64,000 nt of DNA from Eledone cirrhosa (GCA_964016885.1 OZ024745.1:23312001-23376000); one strand, 5' to 3'. Shown: positions 15,854 to 30,131, counted from the stretch's first letter. Program-made: numbers and translations. The notes: generated by a model from the letters alone, not told the origin.

Positions 15854-16191
15854 AATAAACACATGAGTGAATTCTAGAATTTGGGATAGAGTTCGGAGGT
15901 TTCCGAGATACCGGATGCGGGTCGGAAGTTCTACAGACACATGGGCTTCACTAGAAATCAATAAATTGGAGAGGTAGAAACGGATCGATGACATTAACAA
16001 GATGTACAGCTGCGCTAGCGATAGGGCCCCTTCAAACGATGTTCACTTAGACGTGAATAGCTTCCTACTAAAATCTGAGGGGTTACTGCAGGTTTACCAA
16101 ATGAGTACAGTATAATAGTGGGATACCATTATTACACCATACTAATTACCAATGTCCAAGTTTGATACACACACACGCGCGCGCGCGCGCG

Positions 16192-16248
<57 letters not shown>

Positions 16249-16448
16249 TGATGAGGTTATAGTCAGTATTAGCCGTTTGCTCACATTTACTCACTCAATG
16301 AGATATGGTGTGAATGTGTTTTGTGCAAAACCTGTCTGAGAGTACTAACGAAGTGTATCTAAACTATAATAAAGTAAGGAGTGCGGCACTGCGTCCAGAA
16401 TACATTTTTTTATCCCCTTAGTAAAATAAGTTGGATTACTTTGAATAA

Positions 16449-16565
16449 ATAATTGTTTCTACTTTTGGCACAAGGCCAGCAATCACCCAGTACATTACTG
16501 GTACTTTATTTTATCGACCCCGTAAGGATGAAAGGCAAAGTTGACCTCGGCGGGATTTGAACTTT
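16449..16565 (-). mobile_element. SINE family 1, 3' part
   Basis: aattgtttctacttttggcacaaggccagc...ggatgaaaggcaaagttgacctcggcgggatttgaact. Confidence 0.7.
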
Positions 16566-17132
16566 GAATAAATAATGAATGAATATTACATAATTTATCT
16601 ACTAAATTTCGTGGTTGTTGATTAAATATATTTTGTTTATTTAAAGATTCACTTCTTTAAAATTTCTGAAATGTCAACACTTCCGGTTGGCCATCGCTTA
16701 AATAAACATACTAATTTTCTGTCACTAATTTTCTCCTAATGCAGTTTATATATAATATCGTTTTTTTTAAATGTATCATGGATTACGTTACTGATTACAT
16801 AAGACAATGTAACAACGTCTTCGTTCAATTTCTGTGTATATTGTCAATTACGATTTTATTTGATGTATCATATCTATATGCATATATGCTTGCGTATAAT
16901 ATCAATATACACACTACCACACTACACATGCTAGCACAAAACCACCCGAAGTGTGGTTTTTCTGCTAGTATTTGTAGTGTGGCAGTTGCACTTGTACACC
17001 AGGGCCCAGGGTTTCTGCTAAATCAGTAAGCTTCGATCATTGAAATTTGCATTTGTAGCTGCATGATGCAAGCCATATTCTACATTAGCATCTGTAGCAG
17101 ACCTAGTCTTTAAATGCCTGTGCAGGGTTCAC

Positions 17133-17619
17133 AACCACCGACAGAGATATGCTATTTGTCAGTGATGGTCTCATTTGTCTAACGAGTTGACGGCCACTAT
17201 ATATATCTATATATATATATATAACGAAATAGCTGTCTAAACGGCTGGAGCTCTGCCGTCGGGATTCTGACTATTTTCTTATATATATATATATATAAGT
17301 ATTAGAGGTACTATTTATGGTTATGTATGCAATAAAACCTTTAATGGTAATATATTATATATACAAACCCTAAATAGTGAAAGATAGTCATTAATTAACT
17401 ATCCTATTACCAGTAAGATAAATAGCTCAATGTAATAACATCAGTTTTACAGAGCAGTTATATAGAGATTACAATAATCAAAGTTCAGTTTAAGTCATTT
17501 ATTTGGAGGAAACAATTGTAAGCAAATAAATGACTTAAACTGAACTTTGATTATTGTAATCTCTCTCTCTCTATATATATATATTGCTTGTTGTATCCCA
17601 ACAAATTTAGTAAAACCTC

Positions 17620-17716
<97 letters not shown>

Positions 17717-18158
17717 ATGTGTGTGTGTGAGGGTCGGCTGAAAAGTTCATAGGCTGACCATGGCACTCTCATGGAATAACGAAATAAGGTATATTTTTCA
17801 AAATAGTCCCTGGAAAATACGATGCACTTGTTCATAAGAAGAGTTGAGATTTATGCCTGCAAGTTTTCACAGCAGTAGCATCACTTTTCATACTCATCTA
17901 ATGAACCTTTTAGCCAACCTTCGTATGAGAAGTCTAACCCTCTTGAATTACAGACACAACACAATTTTAGAAGCTGCGAGGACTAGAACAACAAGAATTA
18001 AAGTGTCTTGCTCAAGGACACAGGACGCTACCCCAACCTAACTATTAAGCGACGTGCCTTCATTATATTTTTAAATGAAGTACACATTAAAATATATGAT
18101 CCTAGTCGTTAGACAAATGAGACCATCACTGACAAATAGCATATCTCTGTCGGTGGTT
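17133..18158. repeat. 53-bp perfect inverted repeat pair (17133-17185 / 18106-18158)
   Basis: aaccaccgacagagatatgc...gtctaacga and its exact reverse complement. Confidence 0.9.
17729..17925 (+). mobile_element. Mariner-type MITE
   Basis: gagggtcggctgaaaagttcataggctgac ... tagccaaccttcgta. Confidence 0.7.
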
Positions 18159-18594
18159 TTCTGGAATGTCTTTTTTATATTAGCTGGTATTCGACTGATT
18201 CTCGAGTGGGGACAGTGACCATGGTCCTTGCTGGCTCCCCTCCCCCACAACACTAGTGAGATTGATACCGTTAATTTCATGCTTAACTCAACGACTGTAG
18301 TAGGAAAGACACATTCATGTATTGTGGGAGGAAATTCCAGAGGGCTGACGTTCTTGAGACGAAGGATTGAAAGCTGGGTATAAGGGTTCATAAATAGGTT
18401 TTTGTGGAGGATGGGGTGGATCTGGTAATCGATATTTATATGAGAGGAGGAAGGAGGAGGAGGGGGGGGAGGGAGAGGAGGAGGATAAATAGATGAATGT
18501 CACACGAAGCCTGCCAAACTCCGTGGCGATTGAATGTATCAGAAAAGCTTCGATCATATACATGATTGATCTGGGCTTACTAGGTTTTAAATGA

Positions 18595-18666
<72 letters not shown>

Positions 18667-19268
18667 CTGAGTAGATGCCACACTGGCAGAACAATAAATA
18701 TCCCTATTGGTCTATTGAACTCTTTAGAGAGAAGAGGAGAGGAATGATCCACTGGCTTTTCCTAGAAAGGATATGACAGCAGTTGTTTGTTTGTGTAGAA
18801 TCGATTCTCTGAAAATTGGTATTTCTGTCGACTGAGAGGATTCCAGCTACAACTTCCGGAAGTTCCTACCAAATGCTAATGGCCGAATGCAGGAAGTTTC
18901 ACCGGCTTCACTGCAAATACGAATCTACTGGACCACGTAACAATGACGTACTTTGCACTGTTTGAATATTTATAGAAAGAAATACTATGGCCTTCTTCTT
19001 CTTCTTCTTCTTCTTCTTCTTCTTCTTCTTCTTCTTCTTCTCTTCTTCTTCTTCTTTCTTCTTCTTCTTCTTCTTCTCTTCTTCTTCTTCTTCTTCTTCT
19101 TCTTCTTCTTCTTCTTCTTCTTCTTCTTCTTCTTCTTCTTCTTCTTCTTCTTCTTCTTCACAGAATGACGGTGAAAAGGAGGCTAGGTGACGGTGTGACG
19201 TGAGTGTATGTGTGTGTGTACGTGTATGAGAGTGAGAGAGACAGTGTGAGTGAGTGAGTGATAGATAG

Positions 19269-19330
<62 letters not shown>

Positions 19331-19519
19331 GATGAACTTCAGTAGACGACTGGCACTGAGTTATCGACCCACGGAGAATGGATGAAAAGGACAAGTTGCC
19401 CTCTATGGGATTTGAACCCAGAGTGCAGGCAGTCGGAATAAATACAGTGAGTCATTCTATCATACGCTCTGCTGAGTCTGACATTTCACCGGTTTTACAG
19501 TTGTTGAGACATCCTGTCT

Positions 19520-19602
<83 letters not shown>

Positions 19603-19674
19603 AGAGAGGGAGTAGAAAAGAGAGAGAGAGAGAGTGAGAGAGAAGGAAAGAGAGGAGGGGGCGAAAGAGGGAGT

Positions 19675-19738
<64 letters not shown>

Positions 19739-19921
19739 ATGAGGGAGGGTGAATCAGAGAGGATTTGAACTGAAAGCTGAGAGAGTTGTAAGGACAACTT
19801 CCGTGAGTTATTTTTCTACACTATTTAGTGATTCGGTCATTTACCGTCTTGACAGCTTCTAAGGCTCTCTGACCCTCATAGCTATGGTGTTGATAGTTTA
19901 TTTGTCAGTTATCAGTCTACA

Positions 19922-20105
19922 ATAATTGTTTCTACTTTTGGCACAAGGCCAGCAATTATTCCAGTACATTACTGGTACTTTATTTTATCGACCCCGTAAG
20001 GATGAAAGGCAAAGTGAACCTCGGCGCGATTTCAACTCAGACTATAAAGGGGCGTAACTCTAGGCTGCAAAGCATGGCGTCCGACCTTTTACCGATACTG
20101 CCAAT
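19922..20105 (-). mobile_element. SINE family 1
   Basis: Near full-length match to 1078-1264. Confidence 0.75.
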
Positions 20106-20682
20106 AATGACAATCCCTCTAAAGATGGCCTGAGGGCAGAATGACTGAAGTGAAAGGAAGGGTGAAAAGCGAAGTCTCGGTGATGTTGGAACTCACAACA
20201 TAAAGAACCAAAACACATGCTCCAAAGTATTTATCCAATCAACTGGGATGGCACTTTAAAAGTCAGTGAAATGGTAGAAACGTCAGAGCGCAGGTCAAAA
20301 GATTTTTCTGTATTTGTTCCGGCTGATTACAATCTGAGTTCAACAAACCCTGCCGAGATCAACTCTATCGTCGTTCATCCTTCCGGTGACGATAACATGG
20401 CAGTAGTGCAGATACGATGACGTCATCATGATGGGTTTTATTTCATCGGGGCAATGCTCCAGCAAACAAGTCCTTAGTTTCAATGTCTGTTGTGTGCGAA
20501 TGTGGTTTTGCGCTGGTTGATCAGTCCCGCTATTCTCCTAATTTGGTTCATTCTGGCTATCATATGTTGTTGTTGTTACAGCTCGCACCTATGCAGGTTT
20601 AGCTGGCCTCCTCCAAGGTATATCTCGTTGGGGGTGTCTTGGATAATTTAATGATAGGGACCCCTGTCCTATCATCTCATTT

Positions 20683-20820
20683 CTACAGCTGAGTAAACTG
20701 GAGCAACGTGAAATAAAGTGTCTTGCTCAAGGAAACAACACATCACCCGGTCCGAGAATTGAACTCACAACCTTTCGATTGCAAGCCCAATGCTCTAACC
20801 ACTAAGCCATGCGCCTTCAC
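20683..20820 (-). mobile_element. SINE family 2 (tRNA-like head, CORE-like ttgagcaagacact motif)
   Basis: Reverse complement gives gaaggcgcatggcttagtggttagagc...gagttcaattctc...ccttgagcaagacactttatttcacgttgctccag. Confidence 0.7.
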
Positions 20821-21281
20821 TATCATCCCAACAGGAAAAAGACAGTGATAATGGTGTCATATCTGATGGCATTTTTGAGCACCAAGATCCATGCTCTTGT
20901 CAGCCTATGGACTTTTCATGTGACCCCCATAAAGTACCTGTCAGGTGAGGTGGAGTAACAGGTTTGTTAAAATTTGGGACGTGATGCCGTGTGTTATTTG
21001 TTGCCCTTCTTGGCAGAATCGGTACAGCGTGGGGCAAATGCTTAGCCGCGTATTTGTTCCGGCTCTTTATGTTCTGAGTTCAAATCCTGCCGATGTCAAG
21101 TTTACTTATTTTATCCTTCCAGAGGCTAATAAAATAGAGTACCAGTAAAATATTGTGGTCGATATAATTGCTGGCCTTGTGCCTTAATTAGAAATCAATG
21201 ATCTACCATTCCTGACACTGAGAGAAGAAGAAGAAGAAGAAGAAGAAGAAGAAGAAGAAGAAGAAGAAGAAGAAGAAGAAG

Positions 21282-21312
<31 letters not shown>

Positions 21313-21464
21313 TATTTTGACAATATTGTTGCTGTTGTGCACCAGATCAGCTTTGATTCTCCGTTTAGGTGTGATTTGAGGGAGATTTAGTTGCTATTTT
21401 TAGCAGGTGAAATAACAATGTATATGTCCTACCGTTGGCTTGTGATGCTGTTTGGTGACGTAGT

Positions 21465-22300
21465 GGTGATGTCAGTGGTGATGGTAGTGGTAGTGGTAGA
21501 GGTGATGGTGGTTGTGGTAGTTGTAGTGGTGGCAGTGTTGATGGTGGTGATGGCGGTGGTGGTGGTGGTGGTGGTGGTGGTGGTAGTGGTGATGGTGATA
21601 GTGATGGTGGTGGTGGTAGTAGGTGTGGTGGTGGCAGTGGTGATGGTAGTGGTAGTGGTGATGGTGGTTGTGGTAGTTGTAGTGGTGGCAGTGTTGATGG
21701 TGGTGATGGCGGTGGTGGTGGTGGTGGTAGTGGTGATGGTGATAGTGATGGTGGTGGTGGTAGTAGTTGTGGTGGTGGCAGTGGTGATGGTAGTGGTAGT
21801 GGTGATGGTGGTTGTGGTAGTTGTAGTGGTGGCAGTGTTGATGGTGGTGATGGTGGTGGTGGTGGTGGTGGTAGTGGTGATGGTGATAGTGATGGTGGTG
21901 GTGGTAGTAGTTGTGGTGGTGGCAGTGGTGATGGTAGTGGTAGTGGTAATGGTGGTTGTGGTAGTTGTAGTGGTGGAAGTGTTGATGGTGGTGATGGCGG
22001 TGGTGGTGGTGGTGGTAGTGGTGATGGTGATAGTGATGGTGGTGGTGGTAGTAGTTGTGGTGGTGGCAGTGGTGATGGTAGTGGTAGTGGTGATGGTGGT
22101 TGTGGTAGTTGTAGTGGTGGCAGTGTTGATGGTGGTGATGGCGGTGGTGGTGGTGGTGGTAGTGGTGATGGTGATAGTGATGGTGGTGGTGGTAGTAGTT
22201 GTGGTGGTGGCAGTGATGATGGTAGTGGTAGTGGAGATGGTGGTTGTGGTAGTTGTAGTGGTGGCAGTGGTGATGGCGGTGATGGCGGTAGTGGTGGTGG
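21465..22300. repeat. About 144-bp GGT-derived tandem repeat, 5-6 copies
   Basis: Same motif recurs at 21781, 21925, 22069 and 22213. Confidence 0.85.
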
Positions 22301-22599
22301 TGTGATGGTTGTAAATGTTAGTTGGAAAGGAATTTATAATGCTTGTGGTGGTGGTTGTGGTGGTGGTTGCAGTGATGTCAAAGCTGGCGACACTGATATT
22401 AGTGGCAAGGGTGGTATGGTCTGTAGTTGTTGTGGTGCTAGTCGTGGTGGTAGCGATGCTATTGATAGTTGGAAGAGAATTTGTAATGATGGTGATGGTG
22501 TAAATGGTGGTGATGGTGGTGGTGGTGATGGTGGTGGTGGTGGTGATGGTGGTGGTGGTGGAGGTGATGCTGGTGAAAATTGGGGGTGTTGATGGTAAT

Positions 22600-25500
22600 A
22601 TTGGTAGTGGTGTTGACGGTAGTACTGGTTGTGGTAGTGGTGTTGATGGTAGTACTGGTTGTGGTAGTGGTGTTGATGGTAGTACTGGTTGTGGTAGTGG
22701 TGTTGATGGTAGTACTGGTTGTGGTAGTGGTGTTGATGGTAGTACTGGTTGTGGTAGTGGTGTTGATGGTAGTACTGGTTGTGGTAGTTGTGTTGATGAG
22801 AGTACAGGTTGTGGTAGTGGTGTTGATGGTAGTACAGGTTGTGGTAGTGGTGTTGATGGTAGTACAGGTTGTGGTAGTGGTGTTGATGGTAGTACAGGTT
22901 GTGGTAGTGGTGTTGATGGTAGTACAGGTTGTGGTAGTGGTGTTGATGAGAGTACAGGTTGTGGTAGTGGTGTTGATGGTAGTACAGGTTGTGGTAGTGG
23001 TGTTGATGGTAGTACAGGTTGTGGTAGTGGTGTTGATGGTAGTACTGGTTGTGGTAGTGGTGTTGATGGTAGTACAGGTTGTGGTAGTGGTGTTGATGAG
23101 AGTACAGGTTGTGGTAGTGGTGTTGATGGTAGTACTGGTTGTGGTAGTTGTGTTGATGGTAGTACAGGTTGTGGTAGTGGTGTTGATGAGAGTACAGGTT
23201 GTGGTAGTGGTGTTGATGGTCTGTGGTAGTGGTGTTGATGGTAGTACAGGTTGTGGTAGTGGTGTTGATGGTAGTACTGGTTGTGGTAGTGGTGTTGATG
23301 GTAGTACAGGTTGTGGTAGTGGTGTTGATGAGAGTACAGGTTGTGGTAGTGGTGTTGATGGTAGTGGTGTTGATGGTAGTACAGGTTGTGGTAGTGGTGT
23401 TGATGGTAGTACTGGTTGTGGTAGTGGTGTTGATGGTAGTACAGGTTGTGGCAGTGGTGTTGATGGTAGTACAGGTTGTGGTAGTGGTGTTGATGGTAGT
23501 ACTGGTTGTGGTAGTGGTGTTGATGGTAGTAAAGGTTGTGGTAGTGGTGTTGATGAGAGTACAGGTTGTGGTAGTGGTGTTGATGGTAGTACAGGTTGTG
23601 GTAGTGGTGTTGATGGTAGTACAGGTTGTGGTAGTGGTGTTGATGGTAGTACTGGTTGTGGTAGTGGTGTTGATGGTAGTACTGGTTGTGGTAGTGGTGT
23701 TGATGGTAGTACTGGTTGTGGTAGTGGTGTTGATGGTAGTACTGGTTGTGGTAGTACTGGTTGTGGTAGTGGTGTTGATGGTAGTACTGGTTGTGGTAGT
23801 GGTGTTGATGGTAGTACAGGTTGTGGTAGTGGTGTTGATGGTAGTACAGGTTGTGGTAGTGGTGTTGATGAGAGTACAGGTTGTGGTAGTGGTGTTGATG
23901 GTAGTACAGGTTGTGGTAGTGGTGTTGATGAGAGTACAGGTTGTGGTAGTGGTGTTGATGGTAGTACTGGTTGTGGTAGTACTGGTTGTGGTAGTGGTGT
24001 TGATGGTAGTACAGGTTGTGGTAGTGGTGTTGATGGTAGTACAGGTTGTGGTAGTGGTGTTGATGGTAGTACAGGTTGTGGTAGTGGTGTTGATGGTAGT
24101 ACAGGTTGTGGTAGTGGTGTTGATGAGAGTACAGGTTGTGGTAGTGGTGTTGATGGTAGTACAGGTTGTGGTAGTGGTGTTGATGGTAGTACAGGTTGTG
24201 GTAGTGGTGTTGATGGTAGTACTGGTTGTGGTAGTGGTGTTGATGGTAGTACTGGTTGTGGTAGTGGTGTTGATGAGAGTACAGGTTGTGGTAGTGGTGT
24301 TGATGGTAGTACAGGTTGTGGTAGTGGTGTTGATGGTAGTACTGGTTGTGGTAGTGGTGTTGATGGTAGTACAGGTTGTGGTAGTGGTGTTGATGATAGT
24401 ACTGGTTGTGGTAGTGGTGTTGATGATAGTACTGGTTGTGGTAGTGGTGTTGATGGTAGTACTGGTTGTGGTAGTGGTGTTGATGGTAGTACTGGTTGTG
24501 GTAGTTGTGTTGATGAGAGTACAGGTTGTGGTAGTGGTGTTGATGGTAGTACTGGTTGTGGTAGTGGTGTTGATGGTAGTACAGGTTGTGGTAGTGGTGT
24601 TGATGGTAGCACAGGTTGTGGTAGTACAGGTTGTGGTAGTGGTGTTGATGATAGTACAGGTTGTGGTAGTGGTGTTGATGGTAGTACAGGTTGTGGTAGT
24701 GGTGTTGATGGTAGTACTGGTTGTGGTAGTGGTGTTGATGGTAGTACAGGTTGTGGTAGTGGTGTTGATGGTAGTACTGGTTGTGGTAGTGGTGTTGATG
24801 GTAGTACTGGTTGTGGTAGTGGTGTTGATGGTAGTACTGGTTGTGGTAGTGGTGTTGATGAGAGTACAGGTTGTGGTAGTGGTGTTGATGGTAGTACAGG
24901 TTGTGGTAGTGGTGTTGATGATAGTACAGGTTGTGGTAGTGGTGTTGATGGTAGTACAGGTTGTGGTAGTGGTGTTGATGAGAGTACAGGTTGTGGTAGT
25001 GGTGTTGATGGTAGTACTGGTTGTGGTAGTGGTGTTGATGGTAGTACTGGTTGTGGTAGTGGTGTTGATGATAGTACAGGTTGTGGTAGTGGTGTTGATG
25101 GTAGTACTGGTTGTGGTAGTGGTGTTGATGGTAGTACAGGTTGTGGTAGTGGTGTTGATGGTAGTACTGGTTGTGGTAGTGGTGTTGATGGTAGTACAGG
25201 TTGTGGTAGTGGTGTTGATGGTAGTACTGGTTGTGGTAGTGGTGTTGATGGTAGTACTGGTTGTGGTAGTTGTGTTGATGGTAGTACAGGTTGTGGTAGT
25301 GGTGTTGATGGTAGTACTGGTTGTGGTAGTACAGGTTGTGGTAGTGGTGTTGATGATAGTACTGGTTGTGGTAGTGGTGTTGATGATAGTACTGGTTGTG
25401 GTAGTACAGGTTGTGGTAGTGGTGTTGATGGTAGTACTGGTTGTGGTAGTGGTGTTGATGGTAGTACAGGTTGTGGTAGTGGTGTTGATGAGAGTACAGG

Positions 25501-27045
25501 TTGTGGTAGTGGTGTTGATGGTAGTACTGGTTGTGGTAGTGGTGTTGATGAGAGTACAGGTTGTGGTAGTGGTGTTGATGATAGTACAGGTTGTGGTAGT
25601 GGTGTTGATGGTAGTACTGGTTGTGGTAGTGGTGTTGATGGTAGTACAGGTTGTGGTAGTGGTGTTGATGGTAGTACTGGTTGTGGTAGTGGTGTTGATG
25701 GTAGTACAGGTTGTGGTAGTGGTGTTGATGGTAGTACTGGTTGTGGTAGTGGTGTTGATGGTAGTACTGGTTGTGGTAGTGGTGTTGATGGTAGTACAGG
25801 TTGTGGTAGTGGTGTTGATGGTAGTACAGGTTGTGGTAGTGGTGTTGATGATAGTACAGGTTGTGGTAGTGGTGTTGATGGTAGTACAGGTTGTGGTAGT
25901 GGTGTTGATGATAGTACAGGTTGTGGTAGTGGTGTTGATGGTAGTACAGGTTGTGGTAGTGGTGTTGATGAGAGTACAGGTTGTGGTAGTGGTGTTGATG
26001 GTAGTACTGGTTGTGGTAGTGGTGTTGATGGTAGTACAGGTTGTGGTAGTGGTGTTGATGAGAGTACAGGTTGTTGTAGTGGTGTTGATGGTAGTACTGG
26101 TTGTGGTAGTTGTGTTGATGAGAGTACAGGTTGTGGTAGTGGTGTTGATGGTAGTACTGGTTGTGGTAGTTGTGTTGATGAGAGTACAGGTTGTGGTAGT
26201 GGTGTTGATGGTAGTACAGGTTGTGGTAGTGGTGTTGATGAGAGTACTGGTTGTGGTAGTGGTGTTGATGGTAGTACTGGTTGTGGTAGTGGTGTTGATG
26301 GTAGTACAGGTTGTGGTAGTGGTGTTGATGAGAGTACAGGTTGTGGTAGTGGTGTTGATGGTAGTACTGGTTGTGGTAGTTGTGTTGATGAGAGTACAGG
26401 TTGTGGTAGTGGTGTTGATGGTAGTACTGGTTGTGGTAGTTGTGTTGATGAGAGTACATGTTGTGGTAGTGGTGTTGATGGTAGTACAGGTTGTGGTAGT
26501 GGTGTTGATGAGAGTACAGGTTGTGGTAGTGGTGTTGATGGTAGTACTGGTTGTGGTAGTTGTGTTGATGAGAGTACAGGTTGTGGTAGTGGTGTTGATG
26601 GTAGTACAGGTTGTGGTAGTGGTGTTGATGGTAGTACAGGTTGTGGTAGTGGTGTTGATGGTAGTACTGGTTGTGGTAGTGGTGTTGATGGTAGTACTGG
26701 TTGTGGTAGTGGTGTTGATGGTAGTACAGGTTGTGGTAGTGGTGTTGATGATAGTACTGGTTGTGGTAGTGGTGTTGATGGTAGTACTGGTTGTGGTAGT
26801 GGTGTTGATGATAGTACTGGTTGTGGTAGTGGTGTTGATGGTAGTACTGGTTGTGGTAGTGGTGTTGATGGTAGTACTGGTTGTGGTAGTGGTGTTGATG
26901 GTAGTACTGGTTGTGGTAGTGGTGTTGATGGTAGTACTGGTTGTGGTAGTGGTGTTGATGGTAGTACAGGTTGTGGTAGTGGTGTTGATGGTAGTACTGG
27001 TTGTGGTAGTGGTGTTGATGGTAGTACTGGTTGTAGTAGTGGTGT
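22600..27045. repeat. 30-bp satellite (ggtagtac[t/a]ggttgtggtagtggtgttgat), about 150 copies
   Basis: Direct reading; occasional half-unit deletions. Confidence 0.97.
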
Positions 27046-27189
27046 AAATGGTGGTGTTGATGGTTGTGTTGGTGGTAGTAGTGGCGTCGATGAGTGGTGT
27101 TGATGATAGCGTTGGTGGTAATAGTTGTGTCAATGGTAGTATCGATGGTAGTGTTAGTGGTGGCGTTGAAGGCGCCGTTGAGGGTGGTG

Positions 27190-27430
27190 TAGATGGTAGT
27201 GATGGTGGTGTCGATGGTGGTGTCGATGGTAGTGATGGTGGTGTCGATGGTAGTGATGGTGGTGTCGATGGTAGTGATGGTGGTGTCGATGGTGGTGTCG
27301 ATGGTAGTGATGGTGGTGTCGATGGTAGTGATGGTGGTGTCGATGGTAGTGATGGTGGTGTCGATGGTAGTGATGGTGGTGTCGATGGTGGTGATGGTGG
27401 TGTTGATGGTAGTGTTGATGGTAGTGATGC
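27190..27430. repeat. 21/12-bp minisatellite (gatggtagtgatggtggtgtc)
   Basis: Direct reading. Confidence 0.85.
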
Positions 27431-27730
27431 TGGTGTTGATGGTGGTGTCGTTGTTGTTGGTGGTGACGGTGGTGGTGGTGGCGTTGGCGGTGGTGTTGTA
27501 GTTCTTGTTGTTGTTGTTGGTGTTGTTGTTTTTGTTGTTGTTGGTGGTGGTGGTGGTGGTAGTGGTGTCGTAGTTGTTGTTGGTGGTGGTGGTGCTGGTT
27601 GCAGTAGTAACACAATTGATTGATATGGCGTCAGCAATAATGAAAAGAGGCTTGGCAGTTAAACATGGCGGTCGTGTGAGGGTTGACAGCAGCTGTGTTA
27701 GTGTGTATGTATAGGTTGTTATATATATAT

Positions 27731-27881
<151 letters not shown>

Positions 27882-28609
27882 TATGTGTGCTGGTACAACT
27901 GTGTGCTTGTCTGTTTATGAATGTGTGTTTCCAAACCTCTGTGTAAATGTTATGCGTGTATGTGTGCGTGTTTGTATACCTGCGTCTCTGTGCATGTGTG
28001 TATGTTTGTGTACCTGTGTGTCTGTGCGTCTGTGCATGTGTGTATGTTTGTGTACCTGTGTGTCTGTGCGTCTGTGTATGTGTGTATGTTTGTGTGTCTG
28101 TGTGTCTGTGTACGTGCGTATGATCATGTATGTGTATATGTCTGTGTGTGTAAGTGGGAAATAGTATGCATATTTGTATCTTTGGCCGTATGTGTGTTTG
28201 TGGTTTGTGTGCATCTGTGTGCTTTGGAGTTTGTGTGTTTATCTGCATATATGTACATGTATGTATATTATATACAGCAGCTCTTATGTCATGGCGTATA
28301 TGTGCTTAATAAGCGATCTCACATACATATACAAACATTTGTATTTATATGTATACTCACACACACATATATATATATATACACACACACATATATATGC
28401 ATACTTATATTTGTCTGTGTGTGTGTAATAGCGGTTATAAGTGTATGTTTGTGTATGTTTATCTGCATGTGTTTATATGTGTATGTATGTATATTAACAT
28501 AAACCTTTCACACACATATTTTTATATATAAATGTGTGGAGAGGTTTGTGTATGTGCATGTGACTCGGCATGTGTTTATTTACAATTATATACAGTGTGT
28601 ATAAATATA

Positions 28610-28697
<88 letters not shown>

Positions 28698-28700
<3 letters not shown>

Positions 28701-30131
28701 GTAGAACACTGGAAGGTAATATCCGTAGTGGTAGAGCACTCAGTCCATGGGACAAGTTAGGTAGAAGTGGTTACACAACAGTTAGTTCACATAGCGAGAA
28801 CAATTATTTCACCTCAGCGGATCCTCAAATCGTAATGGACATGGTTATACGGAACAGGAAGGACAACCGTACGAACGCGCATGCGCAGAAACGATCACTT
28901 CACACAGGCCATACTAAATTGCGCGCGAGAGGTGTAAGGGAGATAACTGCGAAAGTCCGAAAGTTTCTAGTTGATAAGAAAATTAGGATGTTGTAATTCA
29001 ATCCGGAACTTTGTAGTTATGTAAGAGGTGTTTCCAGACGTGTGGACAACGTGTGAAGAATTCATTTCTCGTGTTTAGGCAATCACTATTGCGTAATCCC
29101 TTTAGAATATTTATTCTTTCATCAATACATAGTCCACACGACGGATTGCCACTAGCTAACAGCGGCTTCTCGCAACCTATCACATACTCTCCCACTAACA
29201 ACAACAGCAATAAGAAAAGAAAGCGTTACAATAGACAAACTATCTGGTTCTCTCCTCCCTTCTCACTCAACGTTAAAACCGATGTACGCAAACAATTTCT
29301 AGCCCTCTTAGATAGACACTTTCCCATAGGTCATAAATACCGCTCCATTTTAACCGACACAATGTAAAACTAGGATACTCCTGCGCTAAGAACATGAAGG
29401 CCAACATCACCAACTGCCCTAAGATCAACACACCACCAGGGTGCTCTTGCCGTAAGCCCGAAGCTTGTCTCCTTCAACAGCAATGCAACACACACGCTGT
29501 AGTTTATGAAGCTGTGGTCACTTCCAACCGAACAAATCAACCACAGGAGGTCAAATCCTATGTGGGTATGGCGGAGTGCCGATTTAAGGAACGCTTCCTG
29601 AACTACCAGTTGACCTTTAGGTACCCGCGCAGACGTTCATCCACGAAACTCGTGAGCCTCGTATGGTCCCTCAAGGACTCAAGTATAGACTACGCCATTC
29701 AATGGAAAACCATCACTAAGTCCAAGCCATACGCAAGGGGCAATCCGTCGTGTGGACTATGTATTGATGAACGAATAAATATTCTAAAGAGATTACGCAA
29801 TAGTGATTGCCTAAACACGAGAAATGAATTCTTCACGTGTTGTCCACACGTCTGGAAACACCTCTTACATAACTACAAAGCTCCGGATTGAATTACAACA
29901 ACATCCTAATTTTCTTATCAACTAGAAACTTTCGGACTTTCGCAGTTATCTCCCTTACACCTCTCGCGCGCAATTTAGTATGGCCTGTGTGAAATGATCG
30001 TTTCTGCACATGCGCGTTCGTACGGTTGTCCTTCCTGTTCCGTATAACCATGTCCATTACGATTTGAGGATCCGCTGAGGTGAAACAATTGTTCTCGCTA
30101 TGGTGAACTAACTGTTGTGTAACCACTTCTA
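28698..30131. mobile_element. 5'-truncated Penelope-like element with inverted 3'-end copy, inserted in (TA)n
   Basis: 28698-29150 is the inverted copy of 29739-30131 plus about 65 terminal bp; GIY-YIG coding remnant between; (TA)n on both sides. Confidence 0.88.
29151..29891 (+). pseudogene. PLE polyprotein C-terminus (linker plus GIY-YIG endonuclease), frameshifted; Naiad/Chlamys-like
   Basis: IWFSPPFSLNVKT..FLALLDRHFP, then after a frameshift GYSC..CSCRKPEACLLQQQC..VVYEA..SYVG..FKERF..CGLC..LNTRNE..CPH. Confidence 0.85.

Noticed and set aside
21429-27637. Mucin-like Thr-rich and other long ORFs
   Set aside because: The 30-bp repeat is open in five of six frames, with a frameshift near 23220 and no domain or splice evidence; a coding role is not strictly excluded without RNA data
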